Positions 9,465 through 19,838 are shown, numbered from the stretch's first letter. The stretch is 64,000 nucleotides of DNA from Luteolibacter sp. (GCA_039915545.1 JBDSNC010000301.1:4977-68976), one strand, 5' to 3'. The notes: a model not told the origin generated them from the letters alone. Program-made: numbers and translations.

Positions 9465-10085
9465 TCACAAGTTGCTCCAGATTGCCGCAGTCCTGTCTCG
9501 CACTCCGATTTTTCGATAGAGGTTGGCCAGGTGTTTTTCGATCGTGCGACCGGAGCAACCGAGGATGACCGCGATTTCAGGACTGGTCTTGCCTTTTCGC
9601 AGCCAATCCATCACCTCGGTTTCACGGCGAGTCAGGGATGCGGTCGGTATCACCCCGGTTTCCTTCGGAATGACAGCAGACCAGATCAAAACCCCTCCAT
9701 TCTGCCTCTGAACGACCTCATTCGGAAGCATTTCTATGATTTTCACGAGATCCTCCCACGTCTCAGCGGTTCTCTCCATCTGCTCCAGGTGACTCTTCGC
9801 CAGGCCGTTCAGCCAAAGCGTTCCGCCGGGCATTTCGAGGGCCACACACCATCCCACCAGTTCCAGCAAGTTTCCCCACGCCGCCGATCGTTGTGAAATT
9901 GCCTCGTTCTTGCGAAGGAGCTTTTCGTCTAGCCGGGAGAGGAAGTCATCAAGTTTGAGGCCAATACCAGCAACTCCAGTATCAACCACGGATCCACCCG
10001 AATCTTCGGGTGCCTGCTGGCCGGGGGAAGCAAGGCAATGTCCTTTCACTAGCCAAGATTCCAAGGATAACTGCTGTAAGGTCAA
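9465..10085 (-). CDS. LuxR-family transcriptional regulator
   Basis: LTRRETEVMDWLRKGKTSPEIAVILGCSGRTIEKHLANLYRKIGV is a canonical LuxR/GerE HTH; start position uncertain. Confidence 0.85.
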   Translation of the reverse strand: MTLQQLSLESWLVKGHCLASPGQQAPEDSGGSVVDTGVAGIGLKLDDFLSRLDEKLLRKNEAISQRSAAWGNLLELVGWCVALEMPGGTLWLNGLAKSHLEQMERTAETWEDLVKIIEMLPNEVVQRQNGGVLIWSAVIPKETGVIPTASLTRRETEVMDWLRKGKTSPEIAVILGCSGRTIEKHLANLYRKIGVRDRTAAIWSNL

Positions 10086-10382
10086 GACAATCCGACGATC
10101 TCTTGATGGAAAATACGTAAGTTAGGGGGTGGACCCCACAGCCATTGCCAGAGTACACACTATCTTGCGTCGGGTGGCCGCATGCCGCCCGCATCTGGAA
10201 AAGCCCGAATTTCACCACAATGTGGATTGCAACACGAGACAACAGAAAGGCTTCTTTCCGGCTGCGGACGGTTACCGGATTTCTGACTTCCAATCGCAAA
10301 ATCAACTGTCAGCGTAATCGCTGGCATTCCCCTCTCTTTCCCCCCACTACCCTAAAACTCCATTCTCCAACCATACCAAATA

Positions 10383-11000
10383 ATGAACATCCATTCCAAA
10401 TTACAAGCTCTCCTCCTCATCGGTGGAACCATCACTACCTTTCAGTCAGCCTCGGCTGCCCCTGCTTCTGAAAAAAGCCCGACGACCTCCAGCCAAAATA
10501 CCGCAACTTCCACCGCAGAACCTTCCCAGCGCCCAGCAAGCGCCCCCGCAGGCGACGCTGCTTTGACTCCGAAGTCATTAACCAAAGGCACGGTTTTAAA
10601 AATTAAGATCGCTCTCACCGTCACCACCACCACCTTTTCAAACGGGATAGAAGATGGCCGCGAGACAGAAAGCGAACTAAACGAAGAGTCTCTCACCTGG
10701 AAGACTCCAACCTCCTACGGAGATCCAGATGGAGACGAATTTTCCTGCGTTTATAAGAAAATCGACAACTTCACGGCCCAGATCATCTTCGATCAGACCA
10801 AGGCAGGCGGGGGCGAGACCTTGGCAAACGAACATGGAAAAGGTAAGCTCATTCTCCTTTTCACCAGCTATGACAAAACCTCGGACACCTATCACGGCAC
10901 GGTGGTGACTTCCGAGGGCTATACAGGGGGCAACGGGGCCGCATTCTCCTACAAGGACTCCGGCAGCGGCAGCGGAATCTTCTCTCTCAAGATCAAGTAG
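10383..11000 (+). CDS. Secreted hypothetical protein (module gene A'); paralog of 3757-4383
   Basis: Same signal peptide and same conserved blocks as 3757-4383. Confidence 0.85.
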   Translation: MNIHSKLQALLLIGGTITTFQSASAAPASEKSPTTSSQNTATSTAEPSQRPASAPAGDAALTPKSLTKGTVLKIKIALTVTTTTFSNGIEDGRETESELNEESLTWKTPTSYGDPDGDEFSCVYKKIDNFTAQIIFDQTKAGGGETLANEHGKGKLILLFTSYDKTSDTYHGTVVTSEGYTGGNGAAFSYKDSGSGSGIFSLKIK

Positions 11001-11038
11001 CCTCCGCAAGCACTCCCGAATTTCAGCAACCGTTCTTT

Positions 11039-11124
11039 CCCACCGTGGATTGCAAGACCGCACGCGGCCGTTTCCGGATCAATTTCTCCCCCGTCAGTTG
11101 AATCCTATTTTCGGCCGCGTGCGG
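11039..11124. repeat. Conserved intergenic hairpin element, copy 2
   Basis: Perfect 13-bp inverted repeat ccgcacgcggccg (11058-11070) / cggccgcgtgcgg (11112-11124); loop shares ccggatc and cccgtcagttgaatc with copy 1. Confidence 0.75.
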
Positions 11125-11167
11125 CTTCCCACCCTCCTTTTTTCTATCACCCAAAGCCATATCATCC

Positions 11168-11554
11168 ATGAAAAACGCACTCATCACCTGCTGTGTCCTG
11201 CCCCTTCTCCTCACTTCAGCCGCCCGCGCCGGAGTCAACGGAGTTTACAAAGTCTCCGGCACTGAGACGAACTTCGGAGATAAACTCACATTCTCCGGCA
11301 CCGTGACGATCTCCAAATACAAGACTGTCAAATACTCCTTGAAATACAGTGACGGCGACTCCGGCACCTTCAGTTTCCCGTTTAACAAGCTACTGAAGGA
11401 TAACAGCACCACGCAAACCGTCACTTTCTCCTCCGGGGAGGGAACGGGCAGTGCGACCTTTAAGAAAATCAACGGACTCTATAAACTCCAGTTCAACTAC
11501 AAAGCCAAAGGAGAGCCAATCAGCGCCTCTGGATCGGGTTCCAAGAAACTGTAG
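11168..11554 (+). CDS. Small secreted hypothetical protein (module gene B'); paralog of 5843-6223
   Basis: MKNALITCCVLPLLLTSAARA then GVNGVYKVSGTET...SGSGSKKL. Confidence 0.85.
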   Translation: MKNALITCCVLPLLLTSAARAGVNGVYKVSGTETNFGDKLTFSGTVTISKYKTVKYSLKYSDGDSGTFSFPFNKLLKDNSTTQTVTFSSGEGTGSATFKKINGLYKLQFNYKAKGEPISASGSGSKKL

Positions 11555-11622
11555 CCGAATCCCCCCGAACTCACCACGAGTCCATTGCTTGACCGACAAA
11601 TCTCTCCGTAATCTCATTTCCT

Positions 11623-12398
11623 TTGAGCGAGATTCTCAAGTTCTTCCACGTGCTTCGCCTTCATATTCTGCTGCCCGCCATCCCTCTCATTCCCCTCACC
11701 GTGCTCCTCACCTCTCGTGCGGACGAGGATATGGCGCTTGTCGGAGTCATGGCCACTAGCGTCGCATCCAATTATGCTCAGAGCAATGGCGATAGCGCCT
11801 CGGCAGCCTCCCTCCTAGAAACACAACAACGAATTCTCAACGAATCCGCAAATACCGCCGCTGTCAACGGGGAATCCTCAAGTCCGGCTCCCACCTACAA
11901 CAGCGCGAATCCGGTCCAAGGAAAGGAGGGATTTGTTTACAGCCCATACACCCAAAAGATCATTGACGTGAAAGGGATCGCCCCCGGCACTCTGGTTCAA
12001 GACCCAACCTACAGCGGGAACGAAAAAGGATATTTTCGTGTTCCGGCTCCGAACGGCCAGGCAGTTGTCGCGACAAATCACGGCAAGGCGTCTAACTCCG
12101 GCATCACCGGAACTTGGTCCAATGGAAACGGAACTTGGCAGCTCAGCCCAAATGGCAAGGGGACCACACCATACCCTCCACCAATCACAACGGCACCGCC
12201 ACCACCTACATCGACTGGACGGCCGATGATTCGTCGAAAACCTTCATCTACGTCATCACCCGTGCCACCCCCACCGGCAGCCTAAATTGTGATGGCACCT
12301 ACGACTACGACAAGCCAGTGAACAAGTCCTACAGCACCACCTACCAGTTGAATGGCGACTCGCTGACGATTGATCGTGAGTCGCTTCAGAGAAATTGA
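11623..12398 (+). pseudogene. Secreted two-domain protein (module gene C') split by a 1-nt frameshift near 12160
   Basis: Frame 1 reads ...GKEGFVYSPY...DVKGIAPGTLVQDP...ITGTWSNGNGTWQLSPNGKG. The 12114 frame continues HTIP...TTYIDW...FIYVITRATPTG...KSYSTTY, which aligns with the N-domain of 6403-7557. Confidence 0.7.
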
Positions 12399-12432
12399 TA
12401 GTCCGATCCCTTATACCATCACCGCGATTGCT

Positions 12433-15400
12433 ATGTACTCTTACTCAACCAGACATAAACATTACTTAATTAGACCACTCCGAGACGGTAGCTTGAAGCT
12501 GCAGGACCACGCCTCCGAGTTTGACAGCAGCACCAAAATCATTTCCATCCATTCGCGAGTTTATTTCCCGATTCTTGCGTTGCGGAAGTTAGGGATGATG
12601 CTTGGCATGCTTCTCACTCTTGGAAGCATCAGCTCCGCGTTAACCGTCACTCCCGCTATTTCTGCCGGTGCATATCATAGCGTGTTCATAAAAAGTGACG
12701 GCAGTACTTGGACTACTGGTAATAACAGTTCCGGCCAACTCGGCAACGGCAATACCACCAGTCAATCCACTCCGATGCAAGTGATGACCGGAATGACCGG
12801 AGCTATAACGGCATCGGCGGGTGGAGCACATAGCCTTTTCCTGAAGAGTGATGGGAGCGTCTGGGCTACCGGCTTTAACGGTAGTGGGCGACTAGGTAAT
12901 GGCACCACCCAAAGCCAATCCACGCCAGTGCAGGTAATGACCGGAGTGAACAGTATATCGGCGGGCGGATCTCACAGCCTATTCCTTAAGATCGATGGTA
13001 GCGTCTGGGCAACCGGATACAACGCTTCAGGCCAATTGGGCAATGGAGATACCAACGCACGATCCACACCTGTCCAAGTGATGACCGGAGTGATTGCCAT
13101 TTCTGCTGGTTCCCAGCACAGCCTATTCCTCAAGAGTAATGGCAGCGTGTGGGCTGCTGGCCATAACAATTATGGACAACTAGGAAATGGTATGACTAGC
13201 GGGGAAATTCCAAATTCGACCCCGGTGCAAGTAATGACCGGCGTGATTGCCATTTCCGCTGGTCAGCATCACAGCCTGTTCCTGAAGAACGATGGCAGCG
13301 CTTGGGCGGTCGGTTACAACAATGCCAGCCAGCTAGGCAATGGTAATGCTATCAATCAATCGCTTCCAGTGCAGGTGATGACCGGAGTGACTGCCATTTC
13401 TGCTGGTCAGTATCACAGCCTATTCCTAAAGAGCAATGGCAGCGTCTGGGCCGCGGGCTCGAGTGGGTCCGGCCAATTCGGCAATGGTAACACAACTACC
13501 GCATCCACGCCGGTGCAGGTGATGACCGGTGTGGCCGCCATTTCTGCCGGTTTATTGCACAGTTTGTTTCTGAAAAGCGATGGTAGCGTTTTGGCGTCCG
13601 GTTCTAATGATTACGGCCAGCTCGCTAATGGCAATACCATCACACAAAACACGGCAGTTTTAATATTTAGTTCGCAAAATATTTCTTTTAGTCCAATCAC
13701 CGATAAAGCCTTCGGTAGTTCACCGTTTGCGTTAAATGCGTCTGCCAGCAGCAATCTTCCCGTCACTTTCGCTGTAATTAGTGGTCCTGCTACCATATCA
13801 GGCAATATAATTACCCTCACTGGCCTGGGCGCCGTCACCGTGCGTGCTTCACAGCTAGGAAATGGCAACTACACGATGGCCCCAACCGTGGATCAAAGCT
13901 TCATCGTCAAGACCGCGCAAAATATCATTTTTCCCGTCCTGAGCTCTAAAACATACGACGACACTCCGTTTCCGCTAATTGCTACCGCCAGCAGTAATCT
14001 TCCCGTTTCCTTTAGCATCGTAAGCGGGCCTGCAACTATTTCCGGCACCACCGTCTCACTTTCCGGCGGCGGAACTGTCACGGTTCGTGCTTCGCAGACG
14101 GGAAATGCTACCTATCTCGCTGCTTCGAATGTCGACCAGAGCTTTACCGTCAAAGCCGCGCAAAGCATCATTTTTTCTACCTTACCCACTAAAGGCTATG
14201 GGGACGCTGCGTTTGCGTTAAGTGCGACAGCCAGCAGTAATCTTCCTGTTTCTTTCAGCATCGTAAGCGGTCCTGCCACGATTTCCGGCAACGTCATCAC
14301 CCTCATCGGGCTAGGCACGGTAACGGTGCGAGCCGCGCAATCGGGTAGTGCCAATTACGTAGCTGCACCTACAGTTGATCAAAGCTTTACGGTCAAGACT
14401 GCACAAAGCATCATGTTTCCAACCTTGATTAACAAAATCTACGGCGATGCTCCGTTTACACTAAGCGCCACAGCCAGTAGCAGCCTTCCCGTTTCATTCA
14501 GCATTGTCAGCGGCCCGGCTATAGTGTCCGGCAGCACGATCACGCTTACCGGTGCAGGCACCGTCACAGTGCGCGCCTTACAAGCTGGCGATTTGAATTA
14601 TGCATCTGCAGTAGACAGCGATCAGAGCTTTATTGTAAAGGCTACGCAAACAATCATTTTCTCAACTTTGTCCGAAAAAACCTACGGTAGTGCTCCTTTT
14701 TCGCTAAGTGCCACTGCCAGCAGCGGTCTTGGTATTACGTTCACCATTATAAGCGGCCCCGCCACAATCTCTGGCAACACGGTCACAATTAACGGAGAAG
14801 GGACCGTGATAGTGCGTGCATCACAGGCTGGTAACCCAAATTACGTCGCTGCCACCAGTGTTGATCAGAGCTTTCTTGTTAAGGCCGCGCAAACGATCAT
14901 ATTCCCTGCCCTGCCAGGCAAAGCCTACGGCGATGCGCCTTTTACGCTTAGCGCCACAGCCAGCAGCACTCTTCCCGTTTCATTCAATATTGTCAGCGGC
15001 CCCGCGACCGTTTCCGGGAACATCGTCACGCTCACGGGCCTAGGCTCCGTTACCGTACGCGCATCTCAAGCGGGAAATGCCATCTATGTGGCAGCCGCGA
15101 CAGTGGATCAAATTTTCACCGTCAAAAGCATTCAGAGTATCAACTTTACAGTTATCGGTGAACAATTTCTTACTAAAGCCGTTTCTCCACGAAACATCTC
15201 CGCAGGCCCTGGCTACAGCCAATTTTTAAAAAGTGATGGCAGCGTTTGGGCTGTTGGATACAATTACTACGGACAACTCGGAAATGGCAGCACAATCGAC
15301 CAATATACGCCGGTGAAAGTCATAACTGGTGTGACAGCCATTTCTACAAGTGACTACCATAGCCTTTTTCTGAAATCCGACGGGAGTGTATGGGCTACAG

Positions 15401-18400
15401 GCAACAATACTAATGGTCAGCTCGGCAACGGTAATAACGACAGCCAATCCTCACCAATCCAAATCATGACAGGAGTGGTCCAAATTTCAGCCGGGACCAA
15501 TCACAGTCTATTCCTTAAGGCTAATGGCAGTGTGTGGGCAGCGGGCTACAATGGTTACGGCCAACTTGGCAACGGCAATGGAATTCAGCAATCAACGCCG
15601 ATACAGGTAATGACAGGCGTAGTAGCCATTTCCGCGGGTGACAGTCATAGCTTGTTCCTGAAGAGTGATGGAAGCGTATGGGCGGTAGGTAACAACAATT
15701 ACGGGCAGCTAGGCAATGGCAATACCAACGGCAATCTGACACCCGTGTGGGTAATGAACGAAGTTTCATCCATCTCCGCAGGTGGTGATCACAGCTTGTT
15801 TCTCAAAAACGACGGGAGCGCGTGGGCGGTTGGTTCAAACTTTTCAGGTCAGCTCGGCTACGGCATTACTTCCAGCCTATCCACGCCGATTCAGGTCATG
15901 ACTGGAGTTGCTGCGATTTCCGCTGGTGGCTATCATAGCCTGTTCATGAAGAACGACGGCAGCGTGTGGGCGACTGGCGAAAATGCTAGCGGTCAGCTGG
16001 GCAATGGCAATACCACCAGCCAATACACACCTATACAATTAATGACCGGGGCATCCGCCATTGCTGCTGGTAACGGCCACAGTCTATTTCTGAAAAACGA
16101 TGGCAGTTCGTGGGCGGCAGGCGCCAATAATTTTGGACAACTTGGCAATGGCAATAAGATCAATCGATCCACTCCTGTGCCAAGCCTAAATATGGAATCT
16201 GCGGCGCAATCGATCAATCTCGTTGCAAGTACGACTTCCGGACTTGGCATCACTTACACCGTCATTTCCGGCCCGGCCACGGTCTCGGGTTCTATACTCG
16301 TTCTCACCGGCGCTGGTACCGTCACCGTTCGTGCTACTCAAGTCGGTGATTTAACTTATGCCGCCACTTATTCCGATCAGACTTTCACGATCAGTCGCAA
16401 TCCGCAGACAATCAACTTCACAAATCAAGCATCTCGGATGTTTAACAACGAAGCGGCTTTCCTGACAGCCACCGCTACTTCAGGTCTGCCCGTCGCATTC
16501 AACCTCGTTAGCGGACCTGCGACACTCAGGGGCAGTTCTCTCATGCTGACGGGTGTCGGCAACGTAGTCATTAGAGCCTCACAAGCCGGGGATGCTAACT
16601 ACACCGCTGCTCCAGACGTGACACGAACCATCACCGTCACCCCGAACACCGGCCCTCCGACCGCCATCACTCTCTCAAAGTCCTACTTCTACGACAATGT
16701 AGCCAATCCCTCTGAACTAGCCACGCTCACCGCGACAGACCCCGATGCAGGGGATTCGCTCACTTACAGCTTGGTCAGTGGCAGCGGCTCTAACGACAAC
16801 GCGAAGTTCACCATCGCAGGTGACCGTTTACGCTCTGCGGCGTATTTCAACTACAACAGCCAACGCTATCTTTCCATCCGGGTAAGAGTGACGGACAGCG
16901 CAGGCCAGAGTTACGAGCAAGTTTTCCAGGTCCAATTGCTCCCAGGCAATCCAAGCGCTTCATTTATTCTTAAAGAAAGTCACATCGGCGCTCCGAATTT
17001 TGTGAACGCAATCTTCCAACTCATCGGGAAAAACAGCAACGCCGGTCGCGGCATCAATTACCCAAGTGCTCTCTTCGACGAAGCCAGCCCGGACTATCAG
17101 CCGAACCTGTTCCAAGCCTTCGAGGCCGCGACCACGTCATCACCGGCGACTCCTATTGCCCTCAATGAATCCTACTTCCAATTGAAAAAGATTGAGGACG
17201 TGCCTAGCAAAATCCGAACTGTGCTGCTGCTCGATAACAGCGCCAGTATCTCAATCGCGGATCTTGCCGAGATCAAGAGCGCAGCGAAGGTCGTGGTGGA
17301 CAAGATGTTTGATCAACAGGAAATCGCGATCTACAGCTTCTCCGGCAGTTATAACCTCGTCGCGAATTTCACTCCGAAGAGTACGGCCAACAAGGTGGCG
17401 CTAAAAACGGCGATTGATGGAATTACCCGTGGCTCACCAACGACCAACCTTTACGGCAGCATCCTGGCCATGTTGAACCTGCCGGACTGGAAGGAATCAT
17501 TCAGCAAGGATGGAATCGAAACGGGATTTCTGGTGGTAATGACCGACGGCCAAGATACTTCCGGCTCGGCAACGCTCCAAGAGGTCATTGCCCGGAGAGA
17601 CAAGACCACCGATAAAAAGAAGATCTACACGATCGGACTTGGCGCAAATATCGATCCATCAGTACTCAACGATCTTACGAACACTCTCTACCTTCCTGCG
17701 GAAAACTCCGCGGCTCTCTCCTCGGTATTTGAAGCCATCCAGAACGACATCATTGATCTCGCGAACAGTTACTATTGGTTGAATTATTCGAGCCCCAAGC
17801 GACAATCCAGTCCGCTCGGGCAAGCACGGAAGTTGGAGGTAAAACTGCAAAATAACACAAATTACTCGGCTGACGGGACCCTAAGCACGACATTCATCAG
17901 CGACACTTTTACAGACATTGCGCCCCAGTTGGTCATCAACCGAACTGCTGATAGACCGCTTGGCATCCCGTTATTGGGATCACTAAACATAGTCAAGGAT
18001 ACCCCAGCAAAAACATCCGCGTTCACCTACTATCCGCCCTTCGACGTTTCTTCCTACACCTGGAGTATTGAAAATACTGCCCTGGCGTCACTTACACCCG
18101 CCGGAAGCAACGGAAATCGTGTTACCATTACTCCCAAAAATCTGGATGGCACCACCAAACTCACAGTGAAGGATACGATTAGCAATTACACGAAAACCAT
18201 CACCCTAGTTATTGGAACAGGTGCTGCCCTGCCTTCACAGCAAATCACCTTCGTGGCACCAGCAAATCGTTTGGCAAACTCCGCCCCATTTGCCCTTGCC
18301 GCAAGTTCCAGCTCTGGTATTCCAGTGTCATTCTCCTTGGTATCCGGGCCCGCCACACTGGGAGGAGATGCGAAAACTCTGACGCTCACAGGAGAAGGAC

Positions 18401-19641
18401 TTGTCACGGTGAGAGCCAGCCAAGCGGGAAATGCCAGTTTTGCCCCAGCTACTCCGGTGGAGCGAAGTTTCACGGTGACCAAGGCAAGCCAATCCATTTC
18501 GTTCGCCGCTCTCCCCGGTAAAAAAACCACGGATGCATCGTTCATCCTGAACGCCTCCACAAATGCTTCAGGACGCACCGTCACTTTCGACGTCACTGGT
18601 CAAGCGAGCCTCGGAGCGGACGGTAAGACCATCACACTCACCGGACTAGAAGGAGATATCACAGTAACAGCCACCCAGCCTGGCGATTCGATTTATGCTG
18701 CAGCGGTCCCGGTTGTGCGGGTGTTTCCCGTCACGGTGACCGGACCGCCAAGTTCCACACTGTCCAGCTTGATCGTCGGAGGAGCGACTATCAGCCCTTC
18801 GTTTACCCCTGATACGCTCAACTACACCGCATCCGTTTCCAACAGCATCAGCTCTTTGACGATCATTCCGACCGCCTTGAATCTGCCATCCATGATCACG
18901 GTCAATGGGGCCGCATTGGTTTCTGGCACGAAAAGTAGCCCTATCCTAATCAATGTAGGAATCAATACGATAACGATTCAGGTTACCGCCCAAAATTCCG
19001 TCACAAAGACCTATAAGTTTTCAGTGACTCGCGCGCTCTCCGCTGTGGCAACTCTATCAAAACTTGTCGTGAACAGCGCCTCAATCAGTCCCACATTTTC
19101 AAAGGCAACGACCGCCTACACGGCCAAGGTAAAAGCCACGACGAAATCCGTAAAAATCGTCCCGACCACGACTAGCAGCGTGTCAACATGCAAGGTAAAC
19201 GGCACAATCGTCAAATCCGGTGCTACCAGTGGACCCATCACACTTAAGACCGGCAAGAACACCATTTCCATCGTGGTGATGGCTCAAAGTGGAACCACTA
19301 AGACTTACAAAATCACCGTGACCCGCGCTGCCGCAGCTGCATCGAAAACGGATTTGAACTTTATGGCCGCCCCCACAGCAGATCCAGCAGACGTGAAATC
19401 CAAATGGAAGACAATTACTTCCATGGAGCGAATCGCTGGTTCAAATTACCTAGCGATGACGGTTCTCAAGCCAGCAAATCTCAATGAGGCCATCCCGACG
19501 ATTGAGGTCTCGCCCAATCTGCTCGACTGGTATAGTGGTGAAAACCATACTACGATCATAATCGACTCCCCCCTAATACTGAAGGTGTATGACAACACGC
19601 CTCTCAAAGGAGGAAAAAAGCGTTACATACGGCTAAAGTGA
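12433..19641 (+). CDS. Giant surface protein: two RCC1 beta-propellers, multiple Ig-like repeats, cadherin domain, vWA domain, two cadherin-like beta-sandwiches, C-terminal sorting-like domain
   Basis: Repeats ISAGxxHSLFLKxDGSVWAxGxNxxGQLGNG and ATASSxLPVSFSIVSGPAT; ATDPDAGDSLTYSL; MIDAS LLDNSAS and TDG; ends EVSPNLLDW...KKRYIRLK. Start uncertain (12370-12595). Confidence 0.9.
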   Translation: MYSYSTRHKHYLIRPLRDGSLKLQDHASEFDSSTKIISIHSRVYFPILALRKLGMMLGMLLTLGSISSALTVTPAISAGAYHSVFIKSDGSTWTTGNNSSGQLGNGNTTSQSTPMQVMTGMTGAITASAGGAHSLFLKSDGSVWATGFNGSGRLGNGTTQSQSTPVQVMTGVNSISAGGSHSLFLKIDGSVWATGYNASGQLGNGDTNARSTPVQVMTGVIAISAGSQHSLFLKSNGSVWAAGHNNYGQLGNGMTSGEIPNSTPVQVMTGVIAISAGQHHSLFLKNDGSAWAVGYNNASQLGNGNAINQSLPVQVMTGVTAISAGQYHSLFLKSNGSVWAAGSSGSGQFGNGNTTTASTPVQVMTGVAAISAGLLHSLFLKSDGSVLASGSNDYGQLANGNTITQNTAVLIFSSQNISFSPITDKAFGSSPFALNASASSNLPVTFAVISGPATISGNIITLTGLGAVTVRASQLGNGNYTMAPTVDQSFIVKTAQNIIFPVLSSKTYDDTPFPLIATASSNLPVSFSIVSGPATISGTTVSLSGGGTVTVRASQTGNATYLAASNVDQSFTVKAAQSIIFSTLPTKGYGDAAFALSATASSNLPVSFSIVSGPATISGNVITLIGLGTVTVRAAQSGSANYVAAPTVDQSFTVKTAQSIMFPTLINKIYGDAPFTLSATASSSLPVSFSIVSGPAIVSGSTITLTGAGTVTVRALQAGDLNYASAVDSDQSFIVKATQTIIFSTLSEKTYGSAPFSLSATASSGLGITFTIISGPATISGNTVTINGEGTVIVRASQAGNPNYVAATSVDQSFLVKAAQTIIFPALPGKAYGDAPFTLSATASSTLPVSFNIVSGPATVSGNIVTLTGLGSVTVRASQAGNAIYVAAATVDQIFTVKSIQSINFTVIGEQFLTKAVSPRNISAGPGYSQFLKSDGSVWAVGYNYYGQLGNGSTIDQYTPVKVITGVTAISTSDYHSLFLKSDGSVWATGNNTNGQLGNGNNDSQSSPIQIMTGVVQISAGTNHSLFLKANGSVWAAGYNGYGQLGNGNGIQQSTPIQVMTGVVAISAGDSHSLFLKSDGSVWAVGNNNYGQLGNGNTNGNLTPVWVMNEVSSISAGGDHSLFLKNDGSAWAVGSNFSGQLGYGITSSLSTPIQVMTGVAAISAGGYHSLFMKNDGSVWATGENASGQLGNGNTTSQYTPIQLMTGASAIAAGNGHSLFLKNDGSSWAAGANNFGQLGNGNKINRSTPVPSLNMESAAQSINLVASTTSGLGITYTVISGPATVSGSILVLTGAGTVTVRATQVGDLTYAATYSDQTFTISRNPQTINFTNQASRMFNNEAAFLTATATSGLPVAFNLVSGPATLRGSSLMLTGVGNVVIRASQAGDANYTAAPDVTRTITVTPNTGPPTAITLSKSYFYDNVANPSELATLTATDPDAGDSLTYSLVSGSGSNDNAKFTIAGDRLRSAAYFNYNSQRYLSIRVRVTDSAGQSYEQVFQVQLLPGNPSASFILKESHIGAPNFVNAIFQLIGKNSNAGRGINYPSALFDEASPDYQPNLFQAFEAATTSSPATPIALNESYFQLKKIEDVPSKIRTVLLLDNSASISIADLAEIKSAAKVVVDKMFDQQEIAIYSFSGSYNLVANFTPKSTANKVALKTAIDGITRGSPTTNLYGSILAMLNLPDWKESFSKDGIETGFLVVMTDGQDTSGSATLQEVIARRDKTTDKKKIYTIGLGANIDPSVLNDLTNTLYLPAENSAALSSVFEAIQNDIIDLANSYYWLNYSSPKRQSSPLGQARKLEVKLQNNTNYSADGTLSTTFISDTFTDIAPQLVINRTADRPLGIPLLGSLNIVKDTPAKTSAFTYYPPFDVSSYTWSIENTALASLTPAGSNGNRVTITPKNLDGTTKLTVKDTISNYTKTITLVIGTGAALPSQQITFVAPANRLANSAPFALAASSSSGIPVSFSLVSGPATLGGDAKTLTLTGEGLVTVRASQAGNASFAPATPVERSFTVTKASQSISFAALPGKKTTDASFILNASTNASGRTVTFDVTGQASLGADGKTITLTGLEGDITVTATQPGDSIYAAAVPVVRVFPVTVTGPPSSTLSSLIVGGATISPSFTPDTLNYTASVSNSISSLTIIPTALNLPSMITVNGAALVSGTKSSPILINVGINTITIQVTAQNSVTKTYKFSVTRALSAVATLSKLVVNSASISPTFSKATTAYTAKVKATTKSVKIVPTTTSSVSTCKVNGTIVKSGATSGPITLKTGKNTISIVVMAQSGTTKTYKITVTRAAAAASKTDLNFMAAPTADPADVKSKWKTITSMERIAGSNYLAMTVLKPANLNEAIPTIEVSPNLLDWYSGENHTTIIIDSPLILKVYDNTPLKGGKKRYIRLK

Positions 19642-19709
19642 TTTCGATTTGGGCAGGAAAATCGTTCAGACTCAACTCTCGTTGGATTTGCAAACGCGGA
19701 TTCATCATA

Positions 19710-19742
19710 AAACTCTTTCCCACGATAACGATCATCGGCTTG
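19710..19742 (-). repeat. Second comM-like att junction (17-bp repeat copy 2 plus the KPMIVIVG codons)
   Basis: Minus strand encodes KPMIVIVG|KSF versus KPVVIIVG|KSL at 8408-8440. Confidence 0.65.
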
Positions 19743-19838
19743 CCCGCATCGCCGCCGAGCGCCGGACCGCAGCCGTAGAAGCCGCCTAACCAAGGCCCCG
19801 ACCACGCGGCATCAACGGGATGGATTTAGGACGCTTAC
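19742..19838 (+). mobile_element. IS66-family remnant: 3' tip of tnpC and terminal inverted repeat
   Basis: ARIAAERRTAAVEAA* (stop 19787-19789), then ...ggacgcttac, whose reverse complement GTAAGCGTCC is a typical IS66 end. Confidence 0.6.
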
